Source: an uncultured Gammaproteobacteria bacterium | GTDB taxonomy: Bacteria; Pseudomonadota; Gammaproteobacteria; UBA4575 | Assembly: GCA_963976865.1 (NCBI GenBank) | Contig: CAXBLY010000002.1 | Location: 22,917 to 86,916 of the forward strand | Length of the DNA stretch: 64,000 bases | Direction of reading: 5' to 3' | Shown: one piece after another, positions 49,632-59,590 of the stretch | How positions within the stretch are numbered: the first letter of the stretch is position 1 | Layout of the letters: the number at the start of each line of letters is the position of its first letter | Translations under genes and position numbers: made by a program | Notes under the pieces: generated by a model | Database searches by the model: none | What the model was told of the DNA's origin: nothing | What the model saw: the letters and a program-made list of their open reading frames with translations, nothing else

Positions 49632-50138
49632 TTATCTTCCTGCTGTATACACTGGAGCATCACCCACAGCGATATCAGGAAACAGATCTGCAAATACTGT
49701 TTCCCCATCCTTAACTACTTCTGCCGCCCTGACTGAGTCCATAATCTGAACAAGCACATCGTAGGTAATGTCTGGTTCTAACAGTATTGTTGCATTTTGA
49801 ATATCCTGATACCTGGTTTTCAGGCCTTGTAAATATTCGTTAAGTGCTGTTAATTCGTAGCCTTGGTCGCCGTTTTTAATTGATTTGAGTACGCCCTTGT
49901 TACGATCCTGAACACGCAATGAATTCTCGCGTACAACAATTTCAAGCTCTAATGTTTTAACGTTATTTTTGACAACATCAGATTTGGCTGGCAAATCCAG
50001 TTCCAAAATACTTATTTTAGAAAACACCGCTGTAATCAGCAGGAAAGGAACCAGAATTACCATCAGGTTCATGAAAGCAGTAATACTTAGCTCTGCTTCT
50101 TCCCTGTTGCGTCTTCTACTATGGCGTCTATATATCAT
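49632..50138 (-). CDS. exbD: ExbD/TolR-family biopolymer transport protein (copy 1)
   Basis: 168 aa, single TM (ITAFMNLMVILVPFLLI). Confidence 0.8.
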   Translation of the reverse strand: MIYRRHSRRRNREEAELSITAFMNLMVILVPFLLITAVFSKISILELDLPAKSDVVKNNVKTLELEIVVRENSLRVQDRNKGVLKSIKNGDQGYELTALNEYLQGLKTRYQDIQNATILLEPDITYDVLVQIMDSVRAAEVVKDGETVFADLFPDIAVGDAPVYTAGR

Positions 50139-50155
50139 AATGACTTATATCAATT

Positions 50156-50812
50156 TTATGCTTCAGCCTGTGCCTGCTTTCGCGCACTGACTGCAATGGT
50201 ATTCAGTACTTTGACTGAGGCCATCTCAAGGCTATCAACAATTTCTGTAGTCTTGGTCTGTAACCAGGAATGCAGAAGCAATAATGGAATACCTACCATC
50301 AGTCCAAATGCGGTTGTATTCATCGCAACCGAGATACTTGATGAGAGCAAATCTGCTTTTTCTGCAGGGCTTGCCGCGGATATTGCTGTAAATGCATCGA
50401 TTAGACCGATAATTGTTCCAAGCAGACCTAACAGGGTTGCAACATTTGCAAAAGTCGCCAGGTAATGAGTCCGCTTTTCCAGTTTAGGAACCACTTCCAT
50501 TAAACCTTCTTCCATTGCCGTTTCAATATCATCTCTACGGCGTGACGTTTGCGCACTTGCAATGCCATAGCCCATAATTCGGCTGATAGCACATTTGGAT
50601 TTTTCAGCAAAATTCATTGCTTCATTCATATTGCCACTGGCCAGTACTGTCTGAATTTTTTTCCAGGCAATCTGATTTTTAATTCGTGTGGAAGAAAGAT
50701 AAATATATCTTTCAATGGCGATCGCCAAACCTATGGCTAACACAAACACGATTGGGATCATGAAAATACCGCCGGACTGGAAGAATGTTACAAAAGACTC
50801 ATACATATTCAT
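50156..50812 (-). CDS. exbB: MotA/TolQ/ExbB proton-channel protein
   Basis: 218 aa, three TM helices, conserved C-terminal GLMVGIPLLLLHSWLQ. Confidence 0.85.
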   Translation of the reverse strand: MNMYESFVTFFQSGGIFMIPIVFVLAIGLAIAIERYIYLSSTRIKNQIAWKKIQTVLASGNMNEAMNFAEKSKCAISRIMGYGIASAQTSRRRDDIETAMEEGLMEVVPKLEKRTHYLATFANVATLLGLLGTIIGLIDAFTAISAASPAEKADLLSSSISVAMNTTAFGLMVGIPLLLLHSWLQTKTTEIVDSLEMASVKVLNTIAVSARKQAQAEA

Positions 50813-50842
50813 TGGGACTCCCTATTACTTAATATCGTAAAT

Positions 50843-51103
50843 TTATTTTCTACTTTGCTGATAGAAATCTACTTTGCGTTGAAAAACTTCCTTATCTACC
50901 GGCTGTATATATTCGTTAATATGTCGCTGCAGAAAAAAGTCGCCCTCACCTGGCAGTGATGCTTTCCATGGAACAATCACCAGACTTTTGGGTAATTCTT
51001 TATTACCAATAATTGAAATACCATTAAGCTCCTGCACATTCTGATCTGCAAATGACATACTTTGCATGAATATAAAGATCATAATTAGCAAGAAGATTTT
51101 CAC
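50843..51103 (-). CDS. Small secreted hypothetical protein (86 aa)
   Basis: Signal peptide MKIFLLIMIFIFMQSMSFA. Sits between the TPR lipoprotein gene and exbB. Confidence 0.4.
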   Translation of the reverse strand: MKIFLLIMIFIFMQSMSFADQNVQELNGISIIGNKELPKSLVIVPWKASLPGEGDFFLQRHINEYIQPVDKEVFQRKVDFYQQSRK

Positions 51104-51119
51104 TATCCCAACTCCATCA

Positions 51120-51752
51120 CTATTTTATTTGACTCTCTCTACGTGATAAATCACTTATCCAGGCTATGACTTGTTTATCGTCATTTTTTTCTATTTCTTG
51201 ATATGCCTGATAATGTGATTTTGCACAAACTATTTTCTGTAAATACAGGTCACATAAAATAGCTAAATTTAGATGAGCGTTTGCGTAATTCGGATACTCG
51301 GCCAGAGCATTTTTATACATACTCTGCGCCTCCTCAAAAGCGCCTTTTTCACGTTTAATAATGCCTGCCTGATTTAATGCATAAGGATTCTTTGGATTCA
51401 GCTTAACGGCAGTTTCAATAGCATGATCGGCTTTATCAATTTCGCCCAGTTTTCGGTAAGCTATCGCGATATTCACCCAGGGGCCTGAAGCACGCGGTTC
51501 TTTTTCTGCAACCTGATTGAATATTTCGATGGCCTGCAAATAATCTTCTGCAGACATTGCTTCCACACCATATCCAAACTGCTGTTCAACAGACGCAGAA
51601 ACTTTATAATTCTGCTTTACAACTATTCTGGAACTTTCATCTTTATTGTTGGCAACTGAAGATACATTACTGGGCGCATTTGCACATGCCGTTAACAGCA
51701 ATACAATGAAACCTGAAATAATATATTTAGTATTAATGAATTGTCTCCACAT
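51120..51752 (-). CDS. TPR-repeat lipoprotein
   Basis: 210 aa, lipobox LLTAC, TPR units (AIAYRKLGEIDKADHAIETAVKLNPKNPYALNQAG...). Confidence 0.6.
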   Translation of the reverse strand: MWRQFINTKYIISGFIVLLLTACANAPSNVSSVANNKDESSRIVVKQNYKVSASVEQQFGYGVEAMSAEDYLQAIEIFNQVAEKEPRASGPWVNIAIAYRKLGEIDKADHAIETAVKLNPKNPYALNQAGIIKREKGAFEEAQSMYKNALAEYPNYANAHLNLAILCDLYLQKIVCAKSHYQAYQEIEKNDDKQVIAWISDLSRRESQIK

Positions 51753-54549
51753 AAGCTTCTGATTTTTCTGTTCTCGCGTATCGCGCTGGTACTAATTCAC
51801 CTAATTCACGCAGGCTTTCTTTAATCCATTTGTTATACACACCATCCACTGTTCTGCGTGCATTCAGTTCAAACAGGTCAATCGCCTGCTCCTCAAACGG
51901 GAATGCCTGTTCTTCCAGTAAAAACTCATACTGCGCCAGTTCTTCTTGAGAAAGTCCGGGAGGCCGATCAGACTGCATTAATGCGCGACTAAAGTCGTAG
52001 TAAATCAAGCCTGAGTAGTAGGTTGCTGACGTAGTCACCTCTTCTACCTTGTATGCACCTGCCTGTTCAAACGCTAGCAATGCTCTTTCCATGAGCGTTT
52101 TCTTCGCTTTCAGACTTGTTTTCAATGGGATTTTCAAGCGGCTGGCATTAAATACCGTGTATTTAGGAATTGCCAACTGAAGTGATGCATTAGCAGCAAT
52201 AAATTTCATCCTGGCAGTACTGGTAGAACCTGCTACAGCCTCAGTCTTGATGATATCTTCCCGCCATTGCTTGACTAACTGGGTCTCATTTCTTGCTAGA
52301 TACAAATCTACAAGTGATTGACGAACTTCCAATGCAGCTTCATAAGGCTTGGGAAATCTCTTGATATAATTCTTGTAGATTTCAATAGCACGATAATCAT
52401 CTTTTTCTTTTGCATATAAATCTGCTGCCACAAGACTTGAAGTACGCTGGGTTTCTTTATCATTTGCATCATCCAGACTAATCCTTTCGTATTCTTGCGC
52501 AGCCAGTATATTGCGTTGATCTTTTTCGTATACCAGTGCTAATTTATGCGTAATTGAGGACTGTTCTTCATGATCAGGGAAACGGCTTCTGAAATCTTCC
52601 AGCACAACCGCGGCACGTGACCATTGCTCTGACTTAAGCAGTAATGTTGCTGCATCATATTGTGCTGCCGGTCGAATATCAGAACCAGGAACAATTCGGC
52701 CAACTCGCAAATAATGCTCTACCGCTATATCTGTTTCACCTGCCAACTGACTGGCTTCTCCCTGTTTGTAAATAGAAGCGGCTAGTTTTTCTTCAAGATT
52801 TTTACGCTCTTTAGCATCATTTCCAACTAATAGAATTGCCTGTTGGTAAGCAACCTCTGAACCAGGAAAGTCATTTAGCTCGAAAGAAGAGTGCGCCTTA
52901 ACAGTCCAGGCACTTTTACGAAGTTTGATATCGCTATCAGCAAACTTTTCAACCAGCAAACTTGATGCCTGAATAGCCCTGCTGTAATCTTTAATTGAGA
53001 ATAGATCTTCAGCTGCTTTTGTTAACGCCACAGATGCTTGTGGATGTAACGGGAATTTATTGGCAAATTTAAATGTACTATCAATCTGCCTGGATTTAAT
53101 TTGTGCATTAACACTTTTGTCTTTAGTTGCAGTCAACCAGTCATTAAACGCAACCAGAGCTGCATAACCAGCCTCTGAATCTTTTGCATGCGCCGGATAG
53201 TGATATGCTGTCTTTTCAAATTCAACAACTGCATTTTCATATTCTTTAGTTTCAAACCAGATATCTGCCAGCAGGAAATTCATATGCGCCGAATGCGGAT
53301 CTTCGGGAAACGATGCTATGTAGGCCTGATACCAGCGGGTTGCTTCAATATAGTCTGGCTTCTTCTTGGATTTCTGGGCAACGGCATGATAGTACTTGGC
53401 TAAATCGATGATATTGGATTTCAGATAATCAACGACATGTGACGCATCTTCAATCTGGTTATGTACCCAGTATTCAGAGTTAATATGATAATTTTCAACA
53501 AACTGTTTTTTTGCATTCAGTACTTCAGACGGGAATTTACCTTTCTTGAACGCATCAATGGCCCTGATCTGGAAATCTGGCGCCTGCGCATTGAACTGAT
53601 TATGCTTAACAAACTCTCTAAATGTATTGGCAGCATCACTATAGCGCTGCTTTTCCAGATACTGCACCCCCAGCCGATCATAGATCAAGGCTTCGTATGG
53701 TCGCCTTCCGTGACCATTAAAATAACCCGATATTTCACTGGCACCGCCCAAATAACCATAACTTAATCCCAATGCGCGCAGAGAGTCGTCTAACAACTCT
53801 TTTTCTGGACGCGTCAGCGCTTCTATATCCTTATCAACATCATTCATAATCATGGTATCGAGAAGCGCAATAAACGAATGCAATCCGACATCATAATCAA
53901 GCCTCTTGAATTGCGTCCAACCCTGTTTATAAAGTGCATGCCGATAGAATCGACTGTCCTTGCCCAGCTCGATGACTTCAGCATAAGCCAGTTCAGCTCG
54001 CTTGTATTTCTTATCTACAAACAGTGTCTCGCCACGGCGAAACTGCGCTTCCACGTAATAATCAGAATCCGGAAACTTTTCAATTAATCTGTCTAGACTA
54101 TCCAGCATTTTCTCGCGCTGATCTGCCGCTTCATATGCCCGTGATAATTGATACAGGACAACATCGTTTAATTGATAGTCTGATTGCTCTAGCAACAAGT
54201 ATTCATATAACTCGATAGTCTCTTTATAATTTATATCAGTGGTTGTGAATTTTGATGCAACTTCAGGACTTGATACATCGACTGCCTGCAGGTCTTCATT
54301 TTCCTCTAGCCTTAAATCACCCAACCTGCGTATTACTTCTGGCGAATCTTTTTCCTGATCTTCATCAACCAGCAACTCACGATAGCTATGTATGGCTTTC
54401 TTACGGCTACTCTCAACGGGAATGTCGTTTTCCACGTCGACTTTCTTACGCTCAAGGTCTTCAATCGTATAATAGGACCCACCGCCCCAGCCACAAGCCT
54501 GTATCATTAGAATCAGCGCATAAACGCTGCAATAACGTATATGCTTCAT
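51733..54549 (-). CDS. Large TPR-repeat lipoprotein (938 aa)
   Basis: Lipobox MIQACG, then multiple TPR-like helical repeats throughout. Confidence 0.6.
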   Translation of the reverse strand: MKHIRYCSVYALILMIQACGWGGGSYYTIEDLERKKVDVENDIPVESSRKKAIHSYRELLVDEDQEKDSPEVIRRLGDLRLEENEDLQAVDVSSPEVASKFTTTDINYKETIELYEYLLLEQSDYQLNDVVLYQLSRAYEAADQREKMLDSLDRLIEKFPDSDYYVEAQFRRGETLFVDKKYKRAELAYAEVIELGKDSRFYRHALYKQGWTQFKRLDYDVGLHSFIALLDTMIMNDVDKDIEALTRPEKELLDDSLRALGLSYGYLGGASEISGYFNGHGRRPYEALIYDRLGVQYLEKQRYSDAANTFREFVKHNQFNAQAPDFQIRAIDAFKKGKFPSEVLNAKKQFVENYHINSEYWVHNQIEDASHVVDYLKSNIIDLAKYYHAVAQKSKKKPDYIEATRWYQAYIASFPEDPHSAHMNFLLADIWFETKEYENAVVEFEKTAYHYPAHAKDSEAGYAALVAFNDWLTATKDKSVNAQIKSRQIDSTFKFANKFPLHPQASVALTKAAEDLFSIKDYSRAIQASSLLVEKFADSDIKLRKSAWTVKAHSSFELNDFPGSEVAYQQAILLVGNDAKERKNLEEKLAASIYKQGEASQLAGETDIAVEHYLRVGRIVPGSDIRPAAQYDAATLLLKSEQWSRAAVVLEDFRSRFPDHEEQSSITHKLALVYEKDQRNILAAQEYERISLDDANDKETQRTSSLVAADLYAKEKDDYRAIEIYKNYIKRFPKPYEAALEVRQSLVDLYLARNETQLVKQWREDIIKTEAVAGSTSTARMKFIAANASLQLAIPKYTVFNASRLKIPLKTSLKAKKTLMERALLAFEQAGAYKVEEVTTSATYYSGLIYYDFSRALMQSDRPPGLSQEELAQYEFLLEEQAFPFEEQAIDLFELNARRTVDGVYNKWIKESLRELGELVPARYARTEKSEAYVETIH

Positions 54550-56438
54550 TCGTCTTCTCCAATAATTTCCGGATTATCAATGGTTGCCTGATCATAAGCC
54601 TGTGCCAATGCCAGCTTGGCTTGCGCACGATAACTCTTCATCACCAGCTTGCGTTTAACCAGTTCACGCACAGCAAGCTTTTCGATCAGCGTGCTTTGTT
54701 TTTCATAAGCAACAACTAAGCGTGGAAGTGCGTCTTCAATTCTCTGTCTGATTTCGTCTATGCGATACTGGAATCCACCAAAGCCAAAACTTGCCACCTG
54801 ATCAACGGTGCCAATAGATTTTTCAACGTCAGCCATATTAGTAATTTCTTCTTCAATGGCTCTGAGCTCTGTTTTAGCTCTCCATTGTCTTTCTGCATAT
54901 TGTTGTGAAACTTCCCAGTAAATTCGACCTTTAAGCATTTCAAGTCGCTTCAAGCTGTCTGAATACTGTTTGTTTGATGGATCCTGTTCACTTAATTTTG
55001 TTAACTTATTATAAAGTCGATCAATGCGTTTGATTTTCAGCAGTTCATCATCATCGACAAATGCCAGTACATTTTGATTCGATTCTGCATCATTATATGC
55101 TTCAGAAAGCTCAGCATATTTTGCCTTAAGACGCTTCAATTGCGACCTCTTCAGCGTTTTGCCTGCTGCAGGCGCTGTTTGTTCATAGCGTGCTTTACGC
55201 GTATCAAGCATGGTGTTGTATACATGAATGTTGTCTAGCCAGTTCTGAAGATTTTCCTGAAGAAAAATCAGGTCACGGAAATTTTTAACAGCTTCGTGGA
55301 ACTGATGATCAGCCATCAGTTCCGACAGGTATCGCATTTCCGGTACTGAAGGAATACTTTTTAACGACCAGAACCAGCCTAATAGTGGTTCTTCTTTAGT
55401 TTTGCCAATTAACGCGGTGATAAATTTACCTTGCTCGATCGAAGCAATTGATTCCGTTAATTTGCCAGTTTCAATCTGATATGAATTGATTGCATCTTCA
55501 TAGGACTTTACGGCGCGACCATTCAAACCAAGTTGCCCATACCCGTAAGCGATCGCCAGTAATCCTTCCTGGACTGGTGTCGTTGTTAATCTGCGATCTT
55601 TTAATTCCAGCCAGGGAGTTAAAGCTTTCTCATAATGCCCCTGTTCACTGTGCGCCCACCCCATGGTCAACAGGGAAATATCTGAATAAAGACCACTTAG
55701 GCGAACATCTTCAAGATAGCCTTGTGCTTTTTCCGGTTCATTTTTTAATAATGCCAGCCCTGCTACGAGATTGGACTTATCTCTTAGTGTCAATTCATTT
55801 GAATTGCGTATCTTTTGTTTGCTAGCGTTTTTTAAACTACTGACTCCATCTTCCACATTACCATTTCTAATATGAGCAATTCCAAGATTATGCAATGCAT
55901 ATGGTTTATGTGATTTTGGCGGCTTCCATCCATCAAGTACTGCAATCGCTTTCTCGGGCTGACCTATATCCAGGTATACCTGACTTTTTAATAATTTTAC
56001 ATCGCTGAAAACATCTTCATGGACCGCACCTTTAATGTTTTCCACGTATTGCGCTGCGTTCGCCAGATAACCACGCTGATAAGAAATTTTTGCCAGATAA
56101 TAATAAGCTCTGTTTTTAACAGCATCATCGGAGTTTTCTTCAAGAAGTCTAGCAAATATTTTTCCGGCTTCATTATGCATTCCATAGGACAGCTCTATCC
56201 CGCCTAATAGCAACTCGTCATCAGGGCGGTGATTAGCCACTCGATTAAGTTGCTGCGCTGCCAGTAAATGAGTTATTGAAGTAAAATAATCATCCTGAAA
56301 AAAATGAAACAGCACTTCGCCATAGTGAAGATCCTTGACAGTATTGATCACTATCTTTTCTTCAGCATACACTGACGCATTCGCAAACAAACAGGCGACT
56401 ACGAAATATTTAATCAGTCTGGACAACATGGTTATCAT
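54546..56438 (-). CDS. Secreted TPR plus coiled-coil protein (630 aa)
   Basis: Signal peptide (FVVACLFANASVYA), N-terminal TPR region, C-terminal long heptad-rich region. Confidence 0.55.
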   Translation of the reverse strand: MITMLSRLIKYFVVACLFANASVYAEEKIVINTVKDLHYGEVLFHFFQDDYFTSITHLLAAQQLNRVANHRPDDELLLGGIELSYGMHNEAGKIFARLLEENSDDAVKNRAYYYLAKISYQRGYLANAAQYVENIKGAVHEDVFSDVKLLKSQVYLDIGQPEKAIAVLDGWKPPKSHKPYALHNLGIAHIRNGNVEDGVSSLKNASKQKIRNSNELTLRDKSNLVAGLALLKNEPEKAQGYLEDVRLSGLYSDISLLTMGWAHSEQGHYEKALTPWLELKDRRLTTTPVQEGLLAIAYGYGQLGLNGRAVKSYEDAINSYQIETGKLTESIASIEQGKFITALIGKTKEEPLLGWFWSLKSIPSVPEMRYLSELMADHQFHEAVKNFRDLIFLQENLQNWLDNIHVYNTMLDTRKARYEQTAPAAGKTLKRSQLKRLKAKYAELSEAYNDAESNQNVLAFVDDDELLKIKRIDRLYNKLTKLSEQDPSNKQYSDSLKRLEMLKGRIYWEVSQQYAERQWRAKTELRAIEEEITNMADVEKSIGTVDQVASFGFGGFQYRIDEIRQRIEDALPRLVVAYEKQSTLIEKLAVRELVKRKLVMKSYRAQAKLALAQAYDQATIDNPEIIGEDE

Positions 56439-56465
56439 TTAAAGGTAAGCTCTCTGCCAGATCAC

Positions 56466-57038
56466 CTATTGCCACTCTTTAATGACAAATTCAGGTTGTT
56501 TCTTGATAGACCTGTCTGAAATCTTGAGCTCCAGATATTTTGCACCCAGGCCTTTTTCTACTTTTATATCTGCACCCCGGCGATAATCACGTCCGTTCGG
56601 TCCCTTGCCAACAAGTATCGCCACTAATTCATGTTCACCACTGGTGACGTTACCAACATACAGTTGCTGAACACCGCCACGGTGTAATGCATCAACTTCA
56701 CGTTTGGTATACAAATAGTTTGCAACAATCTTGTCATCCAGTTTTAACTGCACAGAGTCAAGATCAAAGAAATCACCAACATCCACTGACACGAATACAG
56801 CTATTTGTGTATTTGCAGGGAAAAGCAATTCTTCCTCTAAAATATACAGATCGCGATTAATCTCAAGAACCTCTTTCTTAAGCGACTGGACTCGCCCATC
56901 CAGTGATTTAAACTCATCATCAAGATTTTCGCCTGTTTGAGTTGCAGAGATTACACTTCCTGTAATCAGCATTGAAATTATTAATACCAGTAATTTTGTA
57001 GGCATACCCACCTCCTTTAAATTATTCTTTCTCATCAA
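56466..57038 (-). CDS. Secreted hypothetical protein (190 aa)
   Basis: Signal peptide, short coiled-coil, then a beta-rich domain. No motif recognised. Confidence 0.4.
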   Translation of the reverse strand: MMRKNNLKEVGMPTKLLVLIISMLITGSVISATQTGENLDDEFKSLDGRVQSLKKEVLEINRDLYILEEELLFPANTQIAVFVSVDVGDFFDLDSVQLKLDDKIVANYLYTKREVDALHRGGVQQLYVGNVTSGEHELVAILVGKGPNGRDYRRGADIKVEKGLGAKYLELKISDRSIKKQPEFVIKEWQ

Positions 57039-57039
57039 C

Positions 57040-58176
57040 TCAATATCTCACCGAAAAGAACAGTTGCAATACTGCCGCATCAAATGAATATGGATCATCG
57101 GTAATGACAGAAAGGTCTTCTATCCCGCTGTAGTCGTCATATTGCGAATCAATATATTCTGCAGAAAAATTCAACGTGCCATTATTGAATCTTGAATATT
57201 CATCAAAAATCCTATAGCTGACTTTGGCGCCAATTGAGTAACTATCAAAAGTGCTTAATTCTTTATCTCTGGCCATGAAATTTCGCGCGACCGAAAAATT
57301 ATTACTATAAAAGTCTGCTGCATCCTGAGTGTAATAACGTAAATACAAATCGGTCAGCCAACGATCACCAATATATTGCGAATAAGTGAAATCGACTGTA
57401 TGAGCAACTATGTCCCAGGTGTCTCTAAAATATCGATAACCCAGAGAAGTTGCAGCTTTGAAATCCCAGTACTTGGTCACGCTGAGTGCCGTTGCCTGGC
57501 TAGACCTTGTACCCGGATACACTTCGGAACCCAAACCCTGCGGAACATTCCCAATAATGACAAACCGGTAGGGATTATTGAGGTAACCATCTTCAAGCGT
57601 TGCCTCATAAGAGAGATCTGCTCTGATTTTACTGGTTAATACCTGTGATAAAGAAACACGATATTGAGATCGTTTTAAATCTTCCTCAAATTCAGGCGCA
57701 TCAACACGCTTGATAGTATCCCAACCATGAGTAAAGCCCAGGCCTATGGTAGTTAAATCACCAAACATGTCATGAGAAATATCAAAACCTGCTGTATTGG
57801 CCTCATAATCATTCTCATCACTATAAGTATAGAATGCGCCGATTACTGTATTATCATGCAGGTAGTTACCACCCAGCGTAAATTCATCTCTGTCTTCAGT
57901 ATATTTGCTTGCGCCTGCCAGCACGTCGGGCGACGCGCCAGTAATATTGTCCTGATGATATTTTCCGTACACTGAAAATTTTTGTGCAAAGCTTTTGCGT
58001 ACCAGTACAGTGACACCATCAACCTCTACACCACCACCATCGTAATAATGGTATTGAACATCTGCCCTGTCTTCAGGTAACTGGGCAGCAAATGCTGGTT
58101 GCCTGATCAGTGATACAGCAGCAATGGCGCTTATAATTAGCGCGTATATAGCAAATTGTAATTTAGTTACAGCCAC
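57040..58176 (-). CDS. DUF3570-like outer-membrane beta-barrel protein; probable GTG start at 58176
   Basis: The tracked ATG ORF (57040..58326) would overlap the DUF4266 gene by 164 nt. A GTG at 58176 preceded by AAGGAA gives MAVTKLQFAIYALIISAIAAVSLIRQPAFAA, a clean signal peptide. The body has alternating beta-strand patterns with C-terminal ...LQLFFSVRY. DUF3570 assignment from memory only. Confidence 0.5.
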   Translation of the reverse strand: MAVTKLQFAIYALIISAIAAVSLIRQPAFAAQLPEDRADVQYHYYDGGGVEVDGVTVLVRKSFAQKFSVYGKYHQDNITGASPDVLAGASKYTEDRDEFTLGGNYLHDNTVIGAFYTYSDENDYEANTAGFDISHDMFGDLTTIGLGFTHGWDTIKRVDAPEFEEDLKRSQYRVSLSQVLTSKIRADLSYEATLEDGYLNNPYRFVIIGNVPQGLGSEVYPGTRSSQATALSVTKYWDFKAATSLGYRYFRDTWDIVAHTVDFTYSQYIGDRWLTDLYLRYYTQDAADFYSNNFSVARNFMARDKELSTFDSYSIGAKVSYRIFDEYSRFNNGTLNFSAEYIDSQYDDYSGIEDLSVITDDPYSFDAAVLQLFFSVRY

Positions 58177-58393
58177 AACCACTTCCTTGTGCCGATGCTG
58201 CGCCTTTAGCACCTTCTCTGGTTTCATAGGTGTGTTGTCTGAACGAGCTAAACACTGCATCACGATCCGGATCCATAATAGGGTCTGCCAAATGCTCTCG
58301 TTCATATGGTGCCACCCACGGTTCAATCGGCTTTATACTGCATGCAGTTAAGCCAATAACAATGAACATTAACAATAAAGATTTAATTATCAT
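58163..58393 (-). CDS. DUF4266-like small lipoprotein
   Basis: 76 aa, lipobox GLTAC, C-terminal GSGCGCN. DUF4266/DUF3570 pairing recalled from memory. Confidence 0.5.
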   Translation of the reverse strand: MIIKSLLLMFIVIGLTACSIKPIEPWVAPYEREHLADPIMDPDRDAVFSSFRQHTYETREGAKGAASAQGSGCGCN

Positions 58394-58396
58394 GAT

Positions 58397-58912
58397 TTAT
58401 TCATATTTCAATTGCTTGATCTGCTGCTGATAAAGACTCAGGTAACTTTCTTTATAACCACGGTGCATATATCGAATCTCGCCGTTTCTATCGACAATAA
58501 TAGTCATGGGCATAGCGTCAATATCGTATAGTTTGCTTACCTGTTTGGACTGGTCGAATAATATTGGGAAATCAATCCCCAGTTTTTTTGCCAGTCTTAT
58601 GGCTTTTTCCGGTTCTTCATCAATGTTGACTGCGAGCAGTTCAAAATCATATTCGTCATGCAGTCCCTTTAGCTCAGAAAGTTTTGGCAATTCCTGCTGA
58701 CAAGGACCACACCATGATGCCCAGAAATTAATAAGCACAACTTTGCCACGATATTCACTAAGTTTTCGGTTATCACCCTGATCACTCTTTAAAGTAAAAT
58801 CAGGTGCTGTCTTGCCGATCAGTTCATTTCTGGCAACTGAAGTACCCACGCAAATCAGACACAGGAGTCCTGTAATAACAATTAAAATATTTTTAATTTC
58901 TATACTTTTCAT
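58397..58912 (-). CDS. TlpA/ResA/CcmG-like periplasmic thiol:disulfide oxidoreductase
   Basis: 171 aa, signal anchor, active site WASWCGPC, AhpC/TSA-TlpA fold. Confidence 0.8.
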   Translation of the reverse strand: MKSIEIKNILIVITGLLCLICVGTSVARNELIGKTAPDFTLKSDQGDNRKLSEYRGKVVLINFWASWCGPCQQELPKLSELKGLHDEYDFELLAVNIDEEPEKAIRLAKKLGIDFPILFDQSKQVSKLYDIDAMPMTIIVDRNGEIRYMHRGYKESYLSLYQQQIKQLKYE

Positions 58913-58932
58913 GACGCCTCCACATACATAAT

Positions 58933-59571
58933 TTAGAAGAACACGCCCAGGTTGAATGAGGCTTCCAGGTTATGTGTGAATTCATTTTCTCCCAACAGAT
59001 CTGTTTCATAGATATAATCTCTAAAATCAAATCGTGCTGATAACCAGTCCGTTGGCAGAATTTTCAACCCTATTCCAAAGTGGTATGCAAACTCGTCCTC
59101 TTCAATGAACTCAACATTACCAACACCTGCGAGTACATAAAAAGTACTACTCAACGCGATGTCACGCCCCAGAAACACTTCGCCCGGCAATATGTTGTAC
59201 CCTATTGATAATGCGTAATATTCAACGTCCTGCGTTTCCTGGGGGAACAATGGCAGACCTAGCCGACGAAATGACTCATCTTTAACCTCAGATTCGCCGT
59301 ATGTCGCTTCAACAAAGAAGTCTTCGGTGACGTGATACGCTGCACGAATTCCAATCACCGGTTCAGACCCAAAATCCTCGACATCCAGTACTCCATAGAA
59401 TGCTGAGATCTCGAAGTCTTCAGTATCAATTTTCGGCACCACGATATCTCTACGATGAATATCTGGCTTAATCACCTGTTCCTGTTCTTGCTGATCTTCA
59501 TCTTCCTGCGCAAACACCATGCCGGTGTTGATGCCTATCAGCATGATGAGAAATATTGCAATCCATTTCAT
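58933..59571 (-). CDS. Outer-membrane beta-barrel protein (OmpW/OmpA-barrel-like)
   Basis: 212 aa, signal peptide, acidic linker, amphipathic beta strands, C-terminal ...NLGVFF. Confidence 0.5.
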   Translation of the reverse strand: MKWIAIFLIMLIGINTGMVFAQEDEDQQEQEQVIKPDIHRRDIVVPKIDTEDFEISAFYGVLDVEDFGSEPVIGIRAAYHVTEDFFVEATYGESEVKDESFRRLGLPLFPQETQDVEYYALSIGYNILPGEVFLGRDIALSSTFYVLAGVGNVEFIEEDEFAYHFGIGLKILPTDWLSARFDFRDYIYETDLLGENEFTHNLEASFNLGVFF

Positions 59572-59590
59572 AATTTATCCCTTCCCTTCT

